Position numbers and translations under genes: made by a program. A model generated the notes under the pieces. It made no database searches and was not told the origin of the DNA. It worked only from the letters and a program-made list of their open reading frames with translations. Source: Hypanus sabinus (taxonomy: Eukaryota). Taken from it: a stretch of DNA of 64,000 nt. Of this stretch, positions 13,865 to 26,199 are shown one piece after another; the first letter of the stretch is position 1, and each line of letters starts with the position of its first letter. The stretch spans positions 36,394,001 through 36,458,000 of the forward strand of contig NC_082726.1 in the NCBI RefSeq assembly GCF_030144855.1. Direction: 5' to 3'.

Positions 13865-14600
13865 GTGAGAGTTGCGCCTTAACTTTTGTAAAGACAATTG
13901 GTGGCTTAGGGACACTAACCTTGGGGATGGTGAGGATAAGGCCCAGGGTTCAGTACCAGATTCTGTTCCAATACAAGGTCATCCACCAAACAGACCCGAA
14001 TGTAACCTGCATGTTGTTTTCACTTTTGCTGCTATAAGTAAAGGCAAGTAGTAGGGAACACTTTGAAAACCAAGCCAAAGAAAAGTTTGTAAGTTATCTA
14101 ACTGCAGCAACAACACAATTTCTCGCCCATCTATTCTGGGGGAATGTTTGGTACTTTCAAAGAAGAAACAAGAGGCGTTCCTTTGGACCGGGAAATGGAA
14201 TAAAAATAAACTGGTTGGTGTCCTCAAAGTGGAGGGGGACATTTGAGGTGTCGCAATTGTTGCTCGGAAGAGATTGAACAAGAAGAGGAAAAAAAATAAA
14301 GTCTGCATAGGAAGGAATATATTCTTGGAAGAACATGGTGATATAATCTGGAGTCTTAATTGTGGATCTTGGGGAAGAGGTGGATGGGAAAGGGAGTAGG
14401 CTGTTCATAGTTGTGGAGAAAGTACCTGGGGGGTGGGGAAAGAAATTTGTTGTGCTGACAAAATCAGTGTCCATCTGATCAGAACCAGGTAGTTTAAGGT
14501 CTTCTGCTCTGCTCCTCATCTTCTTCCAAATTGATCGAGAGGAAATCATTAAAAGATCAGGGTGAAGTGTAAATGTTTTAAGTTTTGGTTTGTTTCACAG

Positions 14601-14727
14601 CTTCTGGAGTTTCAAAAGACATACTGCCGGGTCCATATCCCAGAACACCAGAGGAAAGAGCATTAGCAGCAAAGAAATACAACATGAGAGTGGAAGATTA
14701 TGAGCCGTATCCTGATGATGGAATGGG
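14601..14727 (+). CDS. NDUFB8: NDUFB8 exon 2
   Basis: [43 protein letters not shown]; acceptor tttcacag, donor GG|GTGAGC; 127 nt. Confidence 0.97.
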
Positions 14728-14971
14728 GTGAGCTTCTCTCTCTAAAACTGTTATAAGTTGTCTCAGGAGGAGGATATCTATTTTGCCTTGTGCTTTTTCC
14801 ACAAACTCACTGGTTATCCACTAAACCTTCGACCAGCAGACAACCGTAATACCTTCAACAGGCTGCTACTTATTGATTGCAGCTCAGCATTCAACACCAT
14901 CATCTTTGGTATATTGCTGCAGAATCTAGCAATTTTCTACAGATGTACCGTTAGTTCCTTAAGGTTGTCAT

Positions 14972-15500
14972 AGCCAGAGGTGGGGTGTAGGGGTGGTGAT
15001 GGGGATATGCTCCCACTACCTATGAAATGCTCCCAATGGCGTATGCCTCAAATTGCCTCTGACAACCCAGTCCAGCTCCTGGCCTTCATGTGTGGCTTAG
15101 CAACCAAGCCCGATGCAACTGTTTCTACTGACAGGAGAAAGAGCAAAGGTAGGTTACTAGTGCCTTAAAATGAGTCGCTTCAGGCAGAAGGGCTCATCAG
15201 CTGTGGTTTGCAACTCATCTAGGAGAAGGGAAACGTTGATTTCAAACCTCCGCTGCCTTGTAACTATACCTACTCATGGGGAAGGCTTTAGGAGTAAACC
15301 CAGGGGTGTGGGGGGGATATTCAGAACTGCAGTCCCTAAGGCAGTCCTAAGTTGTGTTCAACGCTGACTGGCAACTCCTGTGACGCTGCTAGTGCCAAAC
15401 TGTATCGGTCTCTGCCGTTCCTTTGGGTTCATCTGCTGCTTGGAGAGGGAGAGCCTGCTGCATGGTTAACAGCTTGCTCTCCATATCATACTGCTATCCA
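14972..15500 (+). mobile_element. Non-autonomous retroelement (Ingi/Vingi- or RTE-related, unclassified)
   Basis: Sits between two Rex1-like RT fragments (14760-14920 LLIDCSSAFNTI; 15545-15665 ESILTGCISAWYG). Its 3' part is shared with the SINE at 28391 and the element at 21098. Confidence 0.5.
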
Positions 15501-15789
15501 AACAGTTAAAACGCAACATCCATGGTGTTCCTGATCAATGGAGGCCCCATACCATGGAGAGCATTCTGACTGGCTGCATCAGTGCCTGGTATGGAGGATT
15601 GAAAGAGTCTGCAAAGGGTTGTAGACTCAGCCTGCTCCATCACAGCCCCATCACTATTGAGAACAAAAATTTCCAGACATTCACTATCCTCTGGGAAGGC
15701 AATCTTTTTTTTCTCATCTGTCCTGAATGGCTGACATCCTAGTTTGCGACTGCACGCTGCAGTTAGACAACCCAGCCATGGTAAATATT

Positions 15790-15920
15790 AAACAAGAGAA
15801 AATCTGCCGATGCTAGAAATCCAAGTAACACACACAAAATGCTGGAGGAACTAGGCAGGTCAGGCAGCACCTATGGAAAAAAAGTACAGTTGACATTTCG
15901 GGCAGAGATCCTTTGGCCAG
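15790..15920 (-). mobile_element. Penelope pseudo-LTR fragment
   Basis: aaatctgccgatgctag...cacacaaaatgctggaggaactaggcagg...cagttgacatttcggg. Confidence 0.7.
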
Positions 15921-16208
15921 AATATTATTCCTGTATGTGCCTTGCTAGGCACCTTAAGAATCTTTTTTTTATTTACTTACAATGAGGTCACCTCTCATTC
16001 TTCTAAACTCAAGAAAGCACTGTGCTTAATCTATCCTCATAGGATAAACACAGGATCTCAAGAATCAACTTCCAACCAGAAATAGTTCTTTCAGCCTTCC
16101 ATATCTATGCTGACCATCAAGTGCCTAACTGTGATAGTCCCATTTATCTGCTATTGATCCGTAGCCCCTGTGACTTGGTGATTCAACACAGTTTATTGAG
16201 GTAGCTTT

Positions 16209-16581
16209 CAGGATTCCAGTTAATCAGACCATCAGTTAATTAAGACAGCCGTTTATTTGGTACAACTCTGAAAGAACAAAAACAAATTGACCTAATAGCT
16301 GGTATTCCCTTCATTTATTTGGGACACTGCTGCTTAATTGGGACAGGGACTGTTGCCAAATACCTCTGTAAATAACTATTAGGAACTAATACAGTTTTAT
16401 AGTATTGTTAGTAGCATTTGTAGTGTTATAATTTGTTCAGTATTCTGTTTAAATACATAGTTAATATTTGTCTTTTTTATACCTTTTTACTATTTCCATG
16501 AAGTTTTGGCTAATTGGGACAGCTGCTTAATTGGGCCAAAATGTACTGGTTCCTGTGTGTCCCAATTAACCAGAATCCATT
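16209..16581. mobile_element. Tigger/pogo-like MITE
   Basis: Imperfect TIRs ggattccagttaat / cccaattaaccagaatcc, with subterminal taattgggacag repeats. A related copy lies at 63270-63957. Confidence 0.6.
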
Positions 16582-16679
16582 ATATTTGAATCTGGAACCT
16601 CTTAAATTTTGCATAGGTATGGAGACCAGGCACTCTATTCCATAGGTGATTTCAACACTGCCCTCTGTAATTGCAGTGT

Positions 16680-17630
16680 GATGTTTTACACTTTTACTCA
16701 AATTCTCTTACAATAAATAGGAAAAGTAACATTTGCCTTCCTGATTTCTTGCTGTACTTACAGATCCCTCTGGTAACCAAATATTTTCAATCTCCTAGCA
16801 TTAAAAAAAGAGCTCTGCCTTTTCCAGAGAGGACAACCTCATGTTACTACATCTGGCATGTCTTTTTCTTATTCATTTCACCCGTATTCTACCCCCTTAA
16901 AACTTAGACACAACATGCAAACGTGAATGAGCCCTGCACACAAGAGGCATTGTCACTCAGCTGAGAAGCCTGTTTGTTGATGCTGATATACTTGGTTCTC
17001 TCATCCAAATTATTGACCGTAGATTGAACAGCTGGTTCCACCCGCATTTATTTATCACATTACCCCATTAATTGCAGCTTCACAACTTGAAAATGACCTG
17101 TACGTAGCTACTGTTTTTTTACTGTGTATTAACCAATCCTGAATCCACATAATCACCCCATCCCATAAATTCTGTGTGCTGTAAGTTTTTTTAAAACAAC
17201 CTCTTCGGACGCACTTGATTGAAAGCCTGCTAAAAATTGAAATGCCACACATCCGCTTGTTCCTTTTTATTGATCCTGTTAGTTGTAATCCTAAAAAAAC
17301 TAATAGATTTGCTAAACATGATGCCCTTTTGTTAGTTCATGTTAACACTGCCCAATCCCAGTTATTTTCTAAGTATCCTGTTATCACTTAATAGCTTATA
17401 ATTCTAGCATTTTTCCCTCCAGCTGTTAGGATAACTGGATAGTAGATCCCCATTTTCTCTCTCCCACCTTTCTTAAATGGGGTTACATTTGGTACTTTCC
17501 AATCTGTAGAAAGTACTCTAGAATCTATCGAATTTTGGAAGATGATAACCACCCATTAAATCTGATGTTACCTCTTTAAAAACCTTGAGATGAAGACCAT
17601 CAGGTCCATGGGAATTATTGGTTTTTAGTC
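16680..17630 (-). mobile_element. CR1 LINE RT fragments (antisense)
   Basis: ORF 17055-17252 (-) contains degenerate CR1 RT text (GVIMWIQDWLIHSKKTV). Confidence 0.55.
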
Positions 17631-17829
17631 TCACTTCACATCTACAAAAGTCTGTTTTTGTGTTTCTTGATAAATTGATTGTATATTCTCTTTAAGTTTT
17701 AGTTTTCCTTCCTAATTCCAAAGCTTTTCCAGTTCTCTAGCTCATTACATGTGTCCTAAACTTCTTGATTGCCATTGTGCCCTGCATTACCAGTGCTGCT
17801 TGTAGTCTACAAATAGGTGCCCCTTGTGG

Positions 17830-18140
17830 GTTTTTAGTTTTATGATCCCTTCACCCTTTGTCACCTCCACCTATGACATTCCAGCTTCATGCATCATTCC
17901 AACTCCCCCCTCCACGCACCTGCCTGAGTTCCCCTCTCACCTGAATTCGCCTATCACCCTCCAGTTCTCACTCCATTGGCTCCCTCCACCCTTTTATACT
18001 GGCTATCTCCCCTCTTTCTTCCCAGTCCTGAAGAAGGGCTGAAAAGTGACTGAACATCTCACTCTACAGATTCTGCCTGATATGCTGAGTTTCTCCATCA
18101 TTTTGTGTGTTGCTTCAGATTTACAGCATCTGCAGTCTCT
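17830..18140 (+). mobile_element. Penelope-like 3' end / pseudo-LTR
   Basis: Pyrimidine-rich tract, then cagtcctgaagaagggctgaaaagtgactg (truncated hammerhead) and gctgagtttctcc...ttttgtgtgttgc...catctgcag. Confidence 0.7.
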
Positions 18141-18749
18141 CTCATGTCTAAGTAAATCAACACAATTGTTTGAGTTTCTTGGCACATGTGTAGACGGTGT
18201 GATTTTTGCATTATGGAAAATTGTAACATGGCTATTTTATAGGAATGTACTCCTATATTGTATAGGGGTGGGTGTTGGGACTGGCTAGAAATGTACAGAA
18301 CACTAGATTTGATACAGCTAGATTACTGTATATAGTTCCTTCACACTATAGGAAGGTTGTGACCTCTCTAGGGAAGATTCATAAGGAATTTATGTAAATG
18401 TTGCCTGAGCCAGAGATATTGATTAAAGATTAGTTAAGACATAGGAAATAGAAGTAAGAGTAGGCCATTCAGTCCATGGCCCTCGGACACCAAAAATAAT
18501 CAAGGTTAATCTTTGGCTTGCATCACCTTTCCAATTACTTATGATATTGGTAAAATAAAAGTATATCTCCAATATGTGCCCCAACTGTGCCTCCGCAGTT
18601 TATTTGGGTAGAAAGTTCCGAAGTTTCATTATCACTTGGGTGAAGAAATTTCTTCTTGTCTCAGTTTGTGCCTCTTGTTCCTCCTCTTCTCAGTCAGAGG
18701 ACGTGCCATTCTTGCATCTGCTCTCATAAGACTTGTGAGAAAAAATATA

Positions 18750-20276
18750 CACTGCCTCGAAGAAGTATTCAGCCCTCATAGCTATTTTCACATTTTACTT
18801 TCATTTTCTAAATTTAAAATATTGAAATAGGATTTTCGAGCATATCTACAAAACATTGTTCATCATGTCGAATCAAAAGAAAAATTCCAAAACCTGTCAA
18901 CAATTAACTAAAAATTAAAAACCAAAATTGTGAGGCGGAGAAGTATTCATCCCATTTGTAATTACTACGCTAACTCTCCTCAGGTGCAATATGCAGTGTT
19001 ACCTTACCAACTTACCTAGTTTGTTGATATAGAAAATTGGAGGATCGTCTGTTTTCAATGAACTCATAAGAAAAAATACCACCTCTTTCTGTAAGGTCCA
19101 ACAGTACTGTAGATTTTCAACATACTAAACCAAAATAAAGACAAAAAAACATTCAAGACAAGTCAGGGAAATAAAAATAGAGAAGCATAAATCTGGGGAA
19201 AGGTAAGAGACCATCTCAAAGGCACTGAACATACTTCAGAGCTCAGTGCAGTCCATCATGACAAAGTGGGGAAAAATATGAAACAACAGCCATACTGTTT
19301 AGATCAGGCTTCCCCTATAAAATTAGTCACCAGAGAAGAATGGCACTTGTCAGAGAGGCTACAATGATGCCAACAGTCACTCTGAAATGAAATTCATGGC
19401 TCCACAATCTTTTAAGGCCTTGCACTAAAAGGGTATTTATGTTAGAGTGGAAAGGAAGAAGGCCTGGCTTTTATAATTTAAAAAATATATATATTCTTGC
19501 CTGTGAAGACTTTGTAAAGTGTCACTTAGAAGATACTGTAAAGATGGGGAAAAAGATATTGTGGTCAGATGAGACTAAAGTGGTATGAGTGGTATAAATC
19601 TACTACTGCGTACTAGCCAACTAACAACATCATCAAGGGAACACATTGCTATTGGGATGCTTTTCATGCTGATAAATATGTACAGATCCTGAATAAAAAC
19701 CTGCTAGCCTCTGCCAGAAAGCTTAAACTAGGGAGGAAATTGGTCTTTCAGCGGGGCAACGACCCAAAGCACATTGCCAGAGCAACCATGGACTGGCCTC
19801 AAATGAAGAAAATTGATGTCCTTGAGTAGCCCGGTCAGAGTCCTCACCTTAACCAGGTCAAACATCTCTGGCAAGGCCTCCAGATTGCTGGCCTCCAGAT
19901 TGCTGTCCACCACCAGTAACCTGGCCCAGCTTGAATGATCTTACAAGGAGGAATGGGCAAATCTTGCTCAGTCTCATTGTGCAAAGCTAATAGAGACATA
20001 TCCAAAAAGATGACTGGCTGTAATAGTTGCAAGAGCTAGTTCAACTAAGTACTGAACAAAGGGGGATGAATACCTTGAACTGCTGACGTTTCAGTTTTTG
20101 AATTCTTTGTTTTTCATGCTTTAAATGTTTCCCTGTTTTTTGGGGTTCTTCTGTGGGTGGGGGGGAGCATGTGATACACAAATAAAAATTCTCTGTTAAA
20201 TTGATACAAATTCCTGGTTGTTATACTCATTTATGTGAGCAAAGGGTTGGGGCCCAAATACTTTCTCAAGGCACTG
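18750..20276 (+). mobile_element. Tc1-like DNA transposon (IR/DR type), inactive
   Basis: TA flanks at 18748-49 and 20277-78. TIRs CACTGCCTCGAAGAAGTATTCAGCCC / GGGCCCAAATACTTTCTCAAGGCACTG, inner direct repeats near 18940 and 20060. Degenerate transposase about 19135-20054 ([27 protein letters not shown]). Confidence 0.9.
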
Positions 20277-20714
20277 TAGATTTCACTACAGGGCATTGTT
20301 TTCATTGGAGCTAAGAAGGCTAAGGGGAAATTTATCCTTTTAAAAAAAAATTAAAACCCTAGATTGGATGAATAGCAGGGATTTGATAACTAAATGTAGA
20401 CAAAGTAATAAATATTGTGGTTGAAGAGGAGCTAAAAAGTTTCAAGCAAGAGGTCTAGAACTAGCTGCTTGAAAGGATAATTGAATCAGAAACCCTCATT
20501 ACATCAGTGTACACCTTAACAGATGCTGTTGACGTATTGAGTTCTTCCAACATTGTTTTTTGCTCCAGAGTCTCTTATCTTCACATTTAAAATACCTGGA
20601 TGAAGGTCTAATGTGCTGTAATGTGTGTGGCTAAGATCTAGAAAGTGAGTTTCATCTCAGTAGCTGCTTTACGGCCAGAATTGACATGATGGGCAGATTT
20701 TCTGATTGTATTTA

Positions 20715-21050
20715 ATGTTTAGGGTGGTGAGGTAGAGATATGCCTCTGTCAAAGGAGGTATAAGGTGCTCCTTCATTCCACTAGTCTGCAGGTGATCTTT
20801 GGGCAACGTGTCATTTCTATTAGCCCCTGATCAGAATCACATGAAACTATGGGAGCAGGTGGTGTATGGTTGTGTGAGCAGCTGGTGCAAAACACAAATC
20901 TTGGTTGTGCGACCATTGACACCAGGTAGACCATTTCTGAAGAGTATTGATAATGGCTGCAGTCACCCGTCTTGTAAAGACACTGCCCTGAAGAAGGCAA
21001 TGGCAAACCACAAATGCAGGAAAAAAATTGCCAAGAACAATCTGGAGAAT
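20715..21050 (+). mobile_element. RTE-related non-autonomous element / SINE
   Basis: Contains GAAGAAGGCAATGGCAAACCAC...TTGCCAAGAACAATC, resembling the RTE/Bov-A motif GGAGAAGGAAATGGCAACCCAC. Confidence 0.55.
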
Positions 21051-21482
21051 ATTTTCTGAATGTAAGGAAAGTATCGAACTAGCATTTACTATTGGTAACA
21101 CTGGTGCCAAGCTGTATTGGTGCTTGCCCTTCCCTCGGACTACATGGAGAACAGCTGGTTCTTCAAATTTTTCCACCCAGGCTTGCACCCTGGAGAGGAC
21201 ACAGTCCACCAGAGGCGCAAACCCACCATCCCCCGGGATTGACAGTTGCGTACTACACATGCGTGGAGAAAATATATTTGAAATTCTGCTGAGGGATTTC
21301 TAAGTACCAAAGGATTTAATTTTTTACACGTTAACTGTGCACTTAAATGTAACATGCAGAATGAGTATAAAAACATGTTCTGCAGTTTGCAAATGAAGTT
21401 TAATAGCGGGAAAACCAAACAAAAAACAGAAGGTAAATAAAGTTATAGGCTAGGGCAGAGACTCTCTGTGATATTTTTGTCT

Positions 21483-21985
21483 CAAAGTTGAAAGTAAATT
21501 TATTATCAATGTACATGTATATCACTACATACAACTCTGAGATTCATTTTCTTACAAACATAGTCAATAGAATAATAGCCATAATAGAATCAATGAAAGA
21601 TTGCACCAACTCTTGTGTACATCCAGTGTGCAAAAGATCACACACTGAAAATACAAAAAACAGAGAATAATAAATAAATAAGCAATAAATATCAAGAATA
21701 TGAGATCACAAGCCCTTGAAAATGAGTCTATAAGTTTTAGGAATATTTCACTGAGGGGGGAAGTGAAGTTGAGTGAAGTTATCCCTTTGTTTCAAGATGA
21801 TGATGGTTGAGGGGTGACAGATAACTGTTCCTGAATCTAGTGGAGTGAGTCCTGTTGACATCAGTGAGAAGAGAGCATAATCTGGGTGATGGGATCTCTG
21901 ATGTTGGATGCTGCTTTTCTGCGACAGTACTCCATGTAGGTATGCTCAGTGGTGTGGAAGGTGTTGCCCATGATTGTCTGTATTA
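21483..21985 (-). mobile_element. Rex1/Babar-like LINE 3' end
   Basis: Antisense tail aaagttgaaagtaaatttatt and antisense IRDPHHP-type ORF end at about 21860-21920. A similar antisense copy lies at 23605-24160. Confidence 0.6.
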
Positions 21986-22434
21986 ATGCCGCAACATCAG
22001 TTAATTCTTTAGATATAAAATTATGCAAAATTTGTTATTCTTTTGACTTGCATTGAATGACTGTAGTGGCTTTGGGATACAGTATTTATGAAATTAATAA
22101 CAATTACATCAGATAAATCTAATTAATATTAGAAATTTAATATGATTTCCTGTTTGCTTATAGCAGATGTGAAGTTGGGAATATTGTGCAAGGCTGAATA
22201 CTAAGTTGGCAGACAAACTTGAAGATTAAAACGACAATTTAAAGAAGTAATGTCATTTACATTAGTGGTTATAATATTGTGGGTTAGACAATGTTTTCTT
22301 AAACTAGTGTTCATTTCTTTTCTGTATTGTAACTTGCAATGCATGAGCATTTTAAACAAGAGCATGTAGTAGCTATTGAAGCTTCAGACAAAAATCTTCA
22401 TTGTAAAGTTGGAAGTTTATTTTCCCCTTACTAG

Positions 22435-22534
22435 ATATGGTGACTACCCTAAACTACCAGACAGGTCACAGCAAGAGCGAGATCCGTGGTACACATGGGA
22501 TGAACCTGACCTGCGAAGAAATTGGGGTGAACCG
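22435..22534 (+). CDS. NDUFB8: NDUFB8 exon 3
   Basis: [33 protein letters not shown]; acceptor ttactag, donor CCG|GTGAGC; 100 nt. Confidence 0.97.
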
Positions 22535-23226
22535 GTGAGCAGAAGAAATGGCTGGTAGCCATCCAGTTCTTGAATGAAATATTGTATTTCTGGAAACCCC
22601 TCCTCCAACTTCAACCTGCTTTCCTACAAAAAATGCATTTTCCTTTTCCTTTCTGCCCAACTCATAGTTAACCTCGACTCATTGACAATTTGCAACTCTC
22701 AATTTAACACCAGTTAGGAGTATGAAAACATGCTTGTTGTTTTTCCATCTAATACCTGACATTGAAATTCAATGTGGGATTTTTTTTTCCCTGGTCATGT
22801 GGCTCATCTTCAAAGTAGGTGCAATCATATACTGAGTCAGTGGAAACCAAAAAACTTCTGATCTTGATTTAAACATTCTGAACGTGTTTAGGAAAAAGAA
22901 AACAAATTACTTTTATATATTTCCTTGGAGATATCCAGATGTACATGCAAGAGGTCTGAACAACTAAGTTTTTTAGCTGGGGGATGAACGTTGCCCAGTA
23001 CACTAATTGCTCTTGATAATTTAGTTGAAAGGCATAAAGCTTGCCCAGTTTAGATAGAACCTTTCATTGAGTTCATTAAATTTAAACTGAATTGCACGTA
23101 TGACTTCGACTGTATTATCTATCCAACTGGAACATGTACATATTAAATATTTTGAGGCTGATGTATTATTTTTTTTGGTGTCCTGTTTTAAACCTTTTGA
23201 CATTTATTTCTTATTGCTTTTTCCAG

Positions 23227-23382
23227 ATGCACTGGGATTTTGACATGTTCATTCGGAATCGGGTAGATACCTCTCCAAGTCCTGTGGACTGGAGTACTAT
23301 GGTTAAACATTTTAGTGGCTTTCTAGGATTTATGTTGTTCATGTTCTTTGTTGGCGCGTTATTTCCTTCATACCAGCCAGTG
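23227..23382 (+). CDS. NDUFB8: NDUFB8 exon 4 (transmembrane helix)
   Basis: MHWDFDMFIRNRVDTSPSPVDWSTMVKHFSGFLGFMLFMFFVGALFPSYQPV; acceptor tttttccag, donor GTG|GTAAGT; 156 nt. Confidence 0.97.
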
Positions 23383-24647
23383 GTAAGTTCTTGTTGCAAG
23401 TTGTGCTTTGTTAATCTCTCATTCATAATCTAATTTTATAATTTTAAGACACTGTTCCTATGTACTCAAGCATAGAAGCATAGTGGCAGGATATAAAGAA
23501 CCTAAATGGAGTAAACAGAAAGGCCACTAATTTTCTCGGGCAGAGCGATGGATCAGAAACCAATAATAGATTTCAAGTAATTAATAGAAGGATTAGACAT
23601 GAAGAATCAGAATTAGGTTTATTATCGCTGTCTTGTATGACATGAGATATTATTTTATAGTTCATAGTAGTTTTTACATGACTATAAATTACAAAATAAA
23701 TAGCGGAGAAAAAAAAGAGAAAGGAATAGCAAGGCAGTGTTTATGGGCCATTCAGAAATCTGATGATAGAGGGTAATGTGCTATTTCTGAATGGTTGAGT
23801 GTGGATCTTTAGGCTGCTGTACCATCTCTGATGGTAGTTACAAGAAGATGACATTTCCCGGATGATGATGGTTTTCAGTGATGGATGCTGCCTCAAGGCA
23901 TTGCCTCTTAAAGGTGTCAAAGTTCAAAGTAAATTTATTATCAAAGTACATGTATGTCATCATATACAACCCTGAGATTCATTTCCTTGCAGGCATACTC
24001 AATAAATCCATAGATTTATAATAATAACAACCATAACAGAATCAATGAAAGACCACAGCCACTAGGGTGTTCAATGTGTGGAAAAGATGACGATGATGGT
24101 ATTGAGGGTTGTGCCCATGAGAGTCAACAACACTCTGCAGCCTCTTGCTGTCCTGTGCATTAAAGCCCAGGAATTTGAAGCTACTTGAACCAGAAGGGGA
24201 GTAGGGAAATAAGTATCTTTTTTTCCCAAATGACTGGAGTTTGGAATTCACTGCCTGAAAGATGCTAAAGGAAGGAAGCTTTATCAGGTTTAAAGAATAT
24301 TTGGATATGTATTCAAAAAGCTGTTACCTCTAGGACCAAAATCTAAAACCTAGATTTTTTTAGACTGGTACTAACTTAATGAGCTAAATGGTGCCATCTG
24401 TGTTGTAAATTTTCTTCAATTTTCCTGAAAGAAGGGAGGACAATAAAGATAAAAGAGAAGGTTTGTCTTGTGGTGGAAGGTGGGGTTTTCAAAAGTTATA
24501 TTAAGATAAAGTGATTTCTCATAGGAAAGAAAGAGAAAAAAAAAGCAGTCTTTACCCTCAACTGTTCAAGTCAATATAGGAACCAATGTTTGATTTTAAT
24601 TCTTGGACATTGTTGAAGGTATACACTGACAGACTAGACAAAAAAAG

Positions 24648-25120
24648 AAACACACACAAAATGCTGGAGGAACTCAACAGGCCAGGCAGCATCTATGGGG
24701 AAAAAAGTAAACAGTTGAAGTTTTGGGCTGAGACCCGGGATAAAAAGCTAAGAAGTCAGAGTAAGAAGATGGAGAGGAGGAAGAAATACAAGGTAGTAGG
24801 TGATAAGTGAAACCGGGGGGGGGTGGGGGGGGTGAAGCTTAGAGCTGGGAAAGAGATAAAAGGGCTAGAGAAGGGGGAATCTCATGGGGGGGGGAGGGAC
24901 AGAAGGCCATGGAAGAAAGTGAAAGGGAAGGAGCACCAGAGGGTAAGGAGATAAGGTGAGAGATAATGGAAATGGTGAGGAGGCTGGTGTCCATTACCAG
25001 AAGTTTGAGATACTGATGTTCATGCCATCAGGTTGGAGGTTACCCAGTCGGAGTATAAGGTGTTGCTCCTTCAACCTGAGTAGGGCCTCATTGCAGCAGT
25101 AGAGGAGGCCGTGAACTGAC
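24648..25120 (-). mobile_element. Penelope-like element 3' portion
   Basis: Pseudo-LTR plus antisense GIY-YIG-region C-terminus (RLKEQHLILRLGNLQPDGMNISI at about 25010-25085). Confidence 0.8.
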
Positions 25121-26199
25121 AAAAAAAAAAGAAATCTGTTCTGTTTAGCTTTATTAGAATAAAAAAAGGGAGTCCAGGGGATAGATAGAGGTGAAAGTGA
25201 GAGTAGGGTGGAAGCTTGAAATCAGTGATTAGAAACTGGGTTAAGCATGTAGAAATTATGGATATGTACTTAAAATGATAACACAATTGGGCTCCCTGGC
25301 ACAGACATGACTACTTTGTGAGCTGAGAATGTGTATGTCATTTGAAGCCAATACTACATAATTTAACCAGAAAGGCGATTTTTGAGGTTCTAAAGAGGGG
25401 GAATTAAAAAAGTGTTTTATTTTTCTATGCTTGTTTGGGTTGGGAAGGGACATTGGCTTTTGGAGTGATTTGAATTGTGGCTCATATGTCACTGAGGAAG
25501 CACTCTTTAGAATGCTGAAAGGACAATTTGTACTTTATCAATTGAAGGTTTTAGAGCTGAGGGACAATTATTTTCTATATGAAGGCTGGTTAGATTGATG
25601 GTAAAGTCTGTGGAGATGCTAACTTTTTCTTTTGCTTAAGGGAGATGTGGGAAGTTGATTTGAGTATGGTCAAAGACCCTTTCAACATTGGTCCAGGGCA
25701 TTCTTCATTTAAGGAGAAAGGATGGCAATGGTTGGGAAGGTGCTCTTGTAAAAGATGTGATGAGGATGGAGAATTTAGATAAATAGAATAGAGCTGTGAC
25801 CATTGGACACGAGGTGGTAGAGGTCATGTCTGAGCAGGTGGGTTAGGGTGAATTGACTTACATGAGATAATGGTTGATGAGCCCATGCATTGTAATGGCA
25901 ATGCAGGTTTTGGGTAAAGGTGAGAAAGAATCAGTAGTGAAGTTAACAAATTGCATATCATTTGCAGGTGCTAATAAACCTGATTCTGATAATAAAGTAG
26001 AGTCCAATTATTCTGTATTACTGCAAATGTTTCATTATATGCATCTCTCTTTTAACAAATGTAGGCATTTTGTGAATCTGCTACATTCTGATTGCTCAAT
26101 GAACTAGTCAGACTTAATTATTAACAATGCAAGAATCCTTTTAAGTGCTATAATTGTGCTATAATTGTAATAACAATCTGATTCAGAAGATAAACCATC

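Noticed and set aside
15070-15140. HDV-like ribozyme candidate (CTCCTG/CAGGAG pairing, GCC-TTCATGTGT-GGC, CTGA)
   Set aside because: I could not identify a P1 helix or P1.1, and L3 is too long. A descriptor search on the family consensus would be needed.
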